From: Paraspadella gotoi
Lineage: Eukaryota > Animalia > Chaetognatha
Direction of reading: 5' to 3'
NCBI GenBank assembly: GCA_051294375.1
Contig: JBJCIZ010000397.1
Coordinates: 1-8,260, forward strand
DNA length: 8,260 bases
The translations under genes were made by a program, and so were the position numbers. The first letter of the stretch is position 1, and each line of letters begins with the position of its first letter. The notes below the pieces were generated by a model that saw nothing but the letters and a program-made list of their open reading frames with translations, did no database searches and was not told the origin of the DNA. This document shows, piece by piece, positions 1 through 8,260 of the stretch.

Positions 1-255
1 AAGAGAGAGGATTAAATAAAAATTCCGGGCGAAATTTTTCATAGGACTAAAAACCAAGAATTCGGGTGAATGTCGCCGAGATTAAAAAAAGCTTCCGTAT
101 CGGATTATCGTTAACAAGTAAACACTACACAGTCCTGATCACTACATACAGGGATATTCATAAAAATATCCATATTCGGGAAGCGATCCGCAATGAGAAA
201 GCGATTAGGTTAAAATTTCAAAATGTCTATCATTATTATTTAATTTTTTTTATTT

Positions 256-1733
<1,478 letters not shown>

Positions 1734-2001
1734 TTTGAGTTTTGAATATGAAAAAAAAAGAGACGAATGAATTTTAAATCCCACGAGTATTGTTTTACTA
1801 AAAGAATATGAGAAAGAAATTAGGAGAAAGTACTTGAATCTTTCAACCAATCGGAGGTTAGGAAAATGAGAGACGCGATGATAACGGATTCTTATTCTAT
1901 AAATAGTTCTACTTAGTAATTTCGATCGAGAGCCGATTACGGGCTCAACACAGATACATTAGTATTTACTATTTAGTATTTTAGTTAAGGTTTTTTTTTA
2001 G

Positions 2002-2013
2002 GTTTTCATTACG
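2002..2013 (+). CDS. Candidate micro-exon of the MFS gene (V-S-Y-G after indel correction)
   Basis: tttttttttag|gttttcattacg|gtacga. It ends in TAC G, which joins the next exon (GC GGC TAC) to give Y-G-G-Y as in the family EVxYGxY motif. Confidence 0.4.
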
Positions 2014-2109
2014 GTACGAAATTTGAATAATCATCAATTAATACATAAATTTATTAATTTATTCGTTTATTTTTCTTCCTATTAAACTAATATCCACTAC
2101 CAATAACAG

Positions 2110-4577
2110 GCGGCTACGTCTATTCCTACGTGCTGTGGCGCGATGGGAGAGACGCCGGCGAACTACTGCAGAGGCGGCGCGATTAACGGCGCTCTTTTGG
2201 GGCGCGTTTATGGTCCGGGCGTCTCGTCGGGATTCCAGTCTCGGCTCACTTCAGCCCCGCGGATGCTGGGGTTCGACGTCGCGGTCTGTTGATGTTGTTG
2301 TTTGACAGTATATAAGGTGATAGACAGACGCGGGTCTATTACCCCCTCCTTCTCATTCACCTCCTTCTCATCCTCCTCCCAGGGATTCGGGCCGCGTTCA
2401 CGAGATGCAGTTCACCTTTCTCTCTTCTCCTACTAGACTCTCTCCCTTTTTTTAACCCTCATTTTTGTCTTCGTATAGATTTTCCTTCCGTCAATACATT
2501 AGTTTCCCGCATTCTCGTCACTTTACTTCCGGTTAGGATACCTTTTCAGAGTGGCGCCAATGTGGGGCTCGAAACCCGAACCCCAGGATTAAGAGCTGTG
2601 CTCTCGGTGAACGCGGCCCCGAATCCCTGGGAGGAGGATGTCAAAGGAAGCAGGAAACCGTCGTGGGATTTGTTTTTTGATTTCACACTTGTTTTATCGC
2701 GGTCAAATCTTACATCAGTCTTTCTGCTTCTTTATGAAATTGTTACAACCAATCCATTATGGCAACAACCGGGTTGCCTGTTATGCCATTGGGATGGGGC
2801 ATCTCTCTGTTGGCTTTGGAGGCTTCCGACCCTCAGTAACGCCTCTTGTCACTGTCTAGGAACGGTCTGGCTTTGCCAACGCAGAAGAGAGTCGTTGGGA
2901 ATTCTGGATGGACACAAGGCCTGGGATGGGTGCGTTCCCCCTCTGAGCCAGTGGTGGACGTGAGGCAGTGTGAATATACCGCCACACCATTAATTTAATA
3001 ATATCTTTCCCCTGACTTTGACAGATGTGGTGGTTTTAAGGCCTTCATCCCTCTCACAAAATAATATCATCACCTTACAAGCATCAGTCAAGTATCTCTC
3101 ACTGTCTCGTTTATTAACTCACAAATCACAAGCCTTCCTATCCAAGTGGTAGTTTTTCTGATGGGGGTTTGAATCGTATTTAAAATGGCCACTCCTTATT
3201 TTCATCCCACTCGATTAATTTCGCCCCAGGCACCCTCGCCTCCCACCGCCTGCCTCGTGATCCCAGGCGCGGGAGACGCTGCTCTCCGTGACAGGCGTGT
3301 CGTCTGCTTCGGATTCTTTCTGGCGTCAGTGTATCCGTCCGCGCTGACGCTTTGGCGATCGATGCGTCGCCGTTTCCGGTGGAACAGAAAAGAGAGGAAA
3401 TGAGAGAGGAAGAGGTGAAGGGGAGAGAGGGAAAGAGGAGAGGGTGGGGGGAGAAGAGAGAAGAAGAGAGAGAGGAAGAGGTGAAGGGGAGAGAGGGAAA
3501 GAGGAGAGGGTGGGGGGAGAAAGAGAGAAGAAGAGAGAGAGGAAGAGGTGAAGGGAGAGAGGGGAAAGAGGAGAGGGTGGGGGAGGAGAAAGAGAGAAGA
3601 AGAGAGAGAGAAGAGGTGAAGGGGAGAGAGGGAAGAGGAGAGGGTGGGGGGAGAAGAGAGAAGAAGAGAAAGAGGAAGAGGTGAAGGGGAGAGAGGAAAG
3701 AGGAAGGGTGGGGGGAGAAAGAGAGAAGAAGAGAGAGAGGAAGAGGTGAAGGGAAGAGAGAGGAAGAGGTGAAGGGGAGGAGAGAAGTAATAGGAAAGGA
3801 AGAAGAAGGAGAAAAGAAGGGAAGGAGGAAGAAGAGAGAAAGAGGTGAGAACTTGGAGAGATGAGAGAAGTAAGAAAATAGGAAAAGTTTAGAAGAGAAA
3901 GAATAGAAAAGAGAGAAAAGAGGAATAATTTTAGAAAAAGATTAGGAAGAGTTAATCATTTGGATTCTTCCCCCCCCTTCCTCCCCCCCCAGGCTCCCGT
4001 CAACACCCACGGCCTGGATGACCTCGACGATCGTCTTCGGCGCCGCCGTGGGCGAGATGCTCGTCCCCGTATTCGTCGGCCACGCCTTCGTCGACGAATG
4101 ACATCGACCCGACGTCGTCCTTCTGGATCGGTGAGCATTTCTAAGAAATCCCCTTTAATTTTGATAAATCATAAAAAAAGGTTAATACAGAAAAATAGGT
4201 TTTAGTTAACACATAAACAAAAGAAATCATTCCGCTTTAACCCTCGTTACTGTATTCTCCAAAAAAGACTGTATCCACAACGGCATTACACCTTAATTTT
4301 CTTCACTTCAGCATTCTCCTGTTCGACAGCTGGCGTCGCCATCTTTTTCCTTATTTGGTTTTTCCTTCGTCAGCGATTTTCGATCCAGAAAATCTCATCT
4401 AGAATAAACGAATGTGTGAAATTCGGAAGGTGTGGGCCAGCGCGGAATCAGGCGGGGCGAAGGCAACAGCGACAGACGCGGCGACAGGGCGCGGCGACAG
4501 GAGCGGCGACAGGCGCGGCAGGAGCGCTCCCCGATGCAGCACAGATTACGGATATAATCAGTGAACCGTTTTGCTAA
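2110..4577 (+). CDS. MFSD4: MFS transporter, MFSD4/sodium-dependent glucose transporter 1-like; C-terminal half (about TM7-TM12). Exons 2110-2283, 3230-~3378, 3993-4130, 4312-4577
   Basis: The AG/GT-bounded GC-rich exons read, across indels: GGYVYSYVL..AEAARLTALFWGAFMVGRLVGIPVSAHFSP..MLGFDVA|GTLAS..CLVIPG..VVCFGFFLASVYPSALTL|..WMTSTIVFGAAVGEMLVPVFVGHAF..SSFWI|AFSCSTAGVAIFFLIWFFLRQ..TAA(4575-4577). These match recalled MFSD4-family motifs (YGSYVFSF, FWGxFxxxR, FPS, GAxLGEMxIP) in the correct order. The last junction is phase-consistent (G|CA). The donor near 3378 is uncertain. Confidence 0.8.
2369..2640. repeat. ~37-bp inverted repeat, arms 2369-2405 and 2602-2640
   Basis: catcctcctcccagggattcgggccgcgttcacgaga versus the reverse complement of the right arm catcctcctcccagggattcggggccgcgttcaccgaga; they differ only by two single-base indels. 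Confidence 0.9.
2552..2604 (-). other. 5'-truncated copy of mature tRNA-Lys(CUU) including CCA (extended PBS or tRNA retrocopy)
   Basis: The - strand reads AGAGCACAGCTCTTAATCCTGGGGTTCGGGTTTCGAGCCCCACATTGGCGCCA, compared with metazoan tRNA-Lys(CUU) AGAGCATGAGACTCTTAATCTCAGGGTCGTGGGTTCGAGCCCCACGTTGGGCG-CCA. The anticodon loop CTCTTAA is intact. Confidence 0.8.
3385..3950 (+). repeat. Purine-rich minisatellite (~66-bp unit, ~5.5 copies) decaying into GA low-complexity sequence, intronic
   Basis: The anchor gtgaag recurs at 3415, 3481, 3548, 3616, 3681 and 3746 (spacing 65-68). The strand is almost entirely A/G. Confidence 0.9.
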
Positions 4578-5289
4578 TATATTTTTAAAAACATTACTCT
4601 CCTTTAATGTTAGCATTTAAATCAAACTAAATTACCACTCCGATTCATATATATTTTACCTTCTAGGACATTCCAATATACATTAATTAGTTTGTCTTGT
4701 TAATCGTCTTTAACAAATGAAAAATGTTATTATTTTAAATCATTGATTTACTATTATTGCTATTGGAGGAAATAATCAAAACTCTTTATATATTTTTGTT
4801 TTTTTAATACATACATAAGACTAACTTATTGGTCATAAATTTCTTCTTGTATAAGATTAGAAAATGAAATATACGTAGGAGAGTAATACTGCAAAATAAA
4901 CTTAATGGAAGATGAGAAAAGCCCTTCACAAAAGGCGACGTTGATTGAATGCCTCCATGACTCTTACGAGATATTGACATAGCAGGAACCCTGGAAGCTT
5001 TCAATCAAGACTCCCTCACAGTCTCGTTCTTCATACCCTATCAATAATTCAGTATTTCAAAGAATTTTCCAATTATATAAATCAGGTATGGCAAACTCCT
5101 AAATTTTAAATTATAAATTGAGATGAACATTTGATTCAAATCCTTCAAAAATCTTCGAAAAAATCTAGAGTTTTTTCTGTCGTCGGTTGTTGTTGTTGTT
5201 TGTTTGTTGTTCCCGTCGACGCCAGAGAATCTCTCGAAATGAAAATTCAAGGAAACACCGCTGTGTCGCTTTAAATCCCTCGCTGTGTA

Positions 5290-5930
5290 TTTCTTTTCTT
5301 TTTCTTTTCTTTTCTTTTCTTTTCTTTTCTTTTCTTTTCTTTCTTTTATCTATTTTCTTTCTTTTCTTTTCTGTTCTTTTTTCTATTTTCCTTTTTTTTT
5401 ATTCTTTCTATTCTATTCTATTCTATTCTATTCTATTCTATTCTATTCTATTCTATTCCATTTCTTTCTCTTCTCTTCTATTATCTTCTTCTCTTTTTCT
5501 CTTCTCTTCTCTTCTCTTCTTCTTCTCTTCTATTATATTCTATTCTATTCTATTCTATTCTATTTCTATTCCATTCTCTTCTCTTCTCATTCTCTTCTAT
5601 TATCTTCTCTTCCTTCTCTTCTCTTCTATTATTTCTTTCTTTTCTCTTCTTCTTCTCTTCTCTTCTCTTCTCTTCTTTCTCTTCTCTTCTCTCTCTTTCT
5701 TCTATTATATTCTATCTTAATTATATACTATTCTATTCTATTATATTTCTATCCTATTCTATCCTATTCTATTCTATTCTATTCTATTCTATTCTATTCT
5801 ATTCTATTCTATTCGATTCTATTCTATCTATTCTATTCTATTCTATTTCTCTTCTCTTCTCTTCTCTTCTCTTCTCTCTTCTCTTCTTCTCTCTCTCTTT
5901 CTCTCTCTCACCCTCTCTCTCTCTCTTTCT
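5290..5930 (+). repeat. Compound pentanucleotide microsatellite (TTTTC)n/(TTCTA)n/(TTCTC)n grading into (CT)n
   Basis: Directly visible; about 640 bp with almost no G. Confidence 0.95.
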
Positions 5931-6426
5931 CGCAGCAAGAGAGAAAAAACAGATGAAATTGTTTTGTGCCCGAAAAAAATCCAATTGTTAAACTGAAAAT
6001 AATCGTGAGTAAAAAATTGCAGGGAGCAAAATTACTACATTTAAAATTGAATAGAGACTGAGATAAAGAAATAATTCTATTTTTGATACAAAAATATCCA
6101 AAAAAATAAGTAAAACTGCAGAAATGTGCAACATGTCCATTCTTTGTAAAATGCATTTACATTTTAGAAGAATGTGTACTTTTATAGTTACGGATTTTTC
6201 CGTAATGGTATATAAGGCTTTTAATCAAACCGATAAGCAACAAAACATTAAATATTGGCACAAACGTAACGTACGCTGCGCATAACATTTTCACGTGCAC
6301 CGTGTCGGCGTGACCAGCGCTCCCAGCGTGTTGACGCGTCATCCCCGCGTGGCGTCGCTTCTTCCGAACGGGAGATCGTCCGCGTCGCGCAAAACTGACG
6401 ACGCAAAAGGGAAAAAAATCGATAGA

Positions 6427-7794
6427 ATGTCGCTCATAGACGACAGCGACGCTATCGAAGACGACGACGACGAAGACGAAAGAAGACGACGACGACGACG
6501 AATGACGACGACGAACGTAGACGACGAGCTCGTTAAATTTTTAAGAGATTTCCCTCACTTTTAAAATTAATGTCTAATTGTCTATTTCATTTTGACAAAT
6601 ACATCTTTATAAAATCGAAACAAGTTTTTAATTTTAAAAATATCTTCAAATAACAAAATGTTCGAGGACGAATTTGAAAATCTCGTCCAAAACGATGACA
6701 ACAAACAACGAGGATAAAAACAACGACGAAAGTTCAATGATTCGATGGATTCATGAAGACGACGAGTTAACCAAATGGATTTCGGTCGCTCCAAAAATAA
6801 AAGTAATATTTAATATTTAATCAGAATTAAAATTTATATACGTTATATCTTTTTCATTGTTTAAATTCCAGACTGTGAATCCATAGCGCATCTAGACACG
6901 TCGACGATCGCGCCCTCTCGCGTCCTCAAAGAGTCTTATCCCCCGAGATGGGTAGCGACTCGGAGCGGAATTTTGGAGAACTATCGAAGAAATCGCGCCA
7001 AGCAAAAGGAATCGTAGATGGAATTGGTACGGTTTTTTTTTTTTATTACTGAGAACATAATGTCTTAAAATCAAAAATATTTAATACAAAAATATTACTG
7101 ACAAACTACAATGCTTCTAAAGTAAAAAGGAAAGTGCTCCAGGTGAGGTCGAACTCACAACCTCCGCATTACTCTCGCAAAGTACTGAATATAAGTACGG
7201 CGCGCTAAACCGATTGCGCCACTGGAGCTGCCTGCTAAACCTCTTTCATATTGAGGATGATTTCGAAATCATTAATTTCAATGATAAATATTTTAACCAC
7301 TTACCCACTTACGTCTTTTCTCCTGTCTCTCAAATACCTATGGCTTAAAATTGATTTTATTATTTCCACAAGTTTAAATTTTTAATTCATAAACATTTTA
7401 GTTTAGTTTATCAAGTCCTTCATCGTCGTCTCCTTCCCTCCCTCCTCCTCTCTCTCTCTTCCCCTCTCTCTCTCTCTTCCCCTCTCCCTCCTGCTCTCCC
7501 TCTCTTCCTCCCCCCTCATCTCTCTTCCCCTCTTTCTCCTTTCCCCTCTCTCAGTCCCAGAACTTCGTCCCCCGAGCAGAAAAGGAATGGAATTCGTGAT
7601 TCCATCCGATTTGTGTCTCGGTTGGACTCAAAGTCGTCGCTTCAAACACAAACCGTTGCTTAGCGACGAAGAACGCCGACCTTCGACGCCCGAAGCTTCC
7701 GTGAAGAGGGCGCTGGGCAACAACGCGCAACCGATAACGAAAAACTTCGAGGTAAACGAATCGGAATATCGGTTTAACTTTAAATAGAGATAAA

Positions 7795-7881
<87 letters not shown>

Positions 7882-8203
7882 AAATATTTTAGTCCATCGG
7901 GCGATCAACGTCAAACGCGTTAGAAAAAAGATTCGGGCCTCGAAAAAAATTTCCTACTCACAACTCGAGAGACAATCTGCAAGTGATTTAACGAACTATT
8001 GGTTTATTTTATAATACTAACGAACTATTAGTTAAAATTAATTAATCGATTATTAATTCTTATATATATAGGGCAGCGGAAACGTGTGGAGAGAGGATCG
8101 GACTATTTGGCGAAATGGGAAGAGACATTTCATTGTCGTCGATGTGGGAGAAAATCCAATTCTGCCGGACTCAAGTCTGATTCAATTAGAACTGATAATG
8201 TGA
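6427..8203 (+). CDS. Uncharacterised multi-exon protein-coding gene; exons 6427-6802, 6872-7026, 7561-7751, 7893-7982, 8072-~8203
   Basis: CpG-rich blocks bounded by canonical sites (gtaata..ttccag; gtacgg..cccag; gtaaac..ttttag; gtgatt..tatag). Exons 3-5 join in one open frame (G|AA CTT..NFE|SIGRSTS..DNLQ|GSGNVW..). Acidic N-terminus MSLIDDSDAIEDDDDEDE. Exons 1-2 need indel correction. No family was recognised, and the true start and end are uncertain. Confidence 0.6.
7124..7128 (-). terminator. RNA polymerase III terminator (T5) of the tRNA-Ile gene
   Basis: TTTTT on the - strand, 6 nt downstream of the tRNA 3' end. Confidence 0.7.
7135..7228 (-). tRNA. trnI-TAT: tRNA-Ile(UAU) with 20-nt intron (7189-7170)
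   Basis: GCTCCAGTGGCGCAATCGGTTTAGCGCGCCGTACT-TAT-A[ttcagtactttgcgagagta]ATGCGGAGGTTGTGAGTTCGACCTCACCTGGAGCA. Acceptor stem GCTCCAG/CTGGAGC, anticodon stem CCGTA/TGCGG, and intron at the canonical 37/38 position. It closely resembles animal tRNA-Ile-TAT. The T-loop is one base short and the D-loop one base long (likely read errors). Confidence 0.95.
7428..7552 (+). repeat. CT-rich low-complexity tract, an extended polypyrimidine tract before the acceptor at 7560
   Basis: About 125 nt of nearly pure C/T, followed by gtcccag. Confidence 0.85.
7796..7881 (+). repeat. (TTGA)n tetranucleotide microsatellite, ~21 perfect copies, intronic
   Basis: Directly visible. Confidence 0.97.
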
Positions 8204-8260
8204 ACACTTGTTTTGTTAAGTAACAAGAAAAACAATGATAGATATAAAACACGCGAAACA

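Larger units (their letters stand above)
2287..2640 (+). mobile_element. Truncated LTR-retroelement-like segment: putative LTR (TG 2287..CA 2548), tRNA-Lys primer-binding site and start of leader
   Basis: Starts TGTTG, TATATAA at 2309-2315, AATACA at 2493-2498, TTTTCA ending at 2548, then TGGCGCC-AATGTGGGGC 3 nt later (the Lys1,2-type PBS is TGGCGCCCAACGTGGGGC). No second LTR or gag/pol was recognised, and the 5' boundary is a guess. Confidence 0.55.

Noticed and set aside
2652-2693. RKPSWDLFFDFTLV, resembling the LtrA-family WxELFFDL motif
   Set aside because: It is a short match with no supporting downstream transmembrane pattern.
3352-3684. 110-aa E/R/G/K-rich ORF
   Set aside because: It is a translation of the GA minisatellite inside an intron.
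3956-4205. Arg-rich protamine-like ORFs on both strands
   Set aside because: They are alternative frames of the GC-rich MFS exon 3993-4130.
4477-4523. gcggcgacag short tandem repeats
   Set aside because: They encode the low-complexity C-terminal tail of the MFS protein.
5100-5282. - strand reading RDLKRHSGVS..EILWRRRE..FFEDFLKDL, reminiscent of Merlin/IS1595 transposase C-termini
   Set aside because: It needs frame switches, and no DDE core or TIRs are visible. The similarity is too weak without an HMM search.
5187-5956. Long hydrophobic ORFs of 177 aa and 223 aa (F/S/L/Y-rich)
   Set aside because: These are translations of a stop-poor pyrimidine microsatellite, not membrane proteins.
7989-8029. 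12-bp direct repeat taacgaactatt in a short intron
   Set aside because: Only two copies; a local duplication with no evident function and not CRISPR-like.

Overview
Gene-dense eukaryotic (probably animal) genomic DNA with GT-AG introns, CpG-rich exons and AT-rich or simple-repeat introns. Single-base indels break nearly every exon and the tRNA, which suggests low-accuracy long-read sequence rather than real decay. Contents: (1) a 3-exon Aurora kinase gene on the - strand (~256-1733), with a MITE-like element carrying telomere-like CCCTAA units in intron 1; (2) the C-terminal half of an MFSD4/NAGLT1-like MFS transporter on the + strand (exons ~2002-4577, missed by the ORF track). Its 5' exons are not in the window, so the Aurora gene may be nested antisense in one of its introns; (3) inside an MFS intron, an LTR-like segment followed by an unusually long (~53 nt) complement of mature tRNA-Lys(CUU), bracketed by a ~37-bp inverted repeat; (4) large purine- or pyrimidine-skewed satellites; (5) an unidentified multi-exon + strand gene (6427-~8203) hosting an intron-containing tRNA-Ile(UAU) gene antisense in intron 2. 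Family calls rest on motifs recalled from memory; no database search was run.
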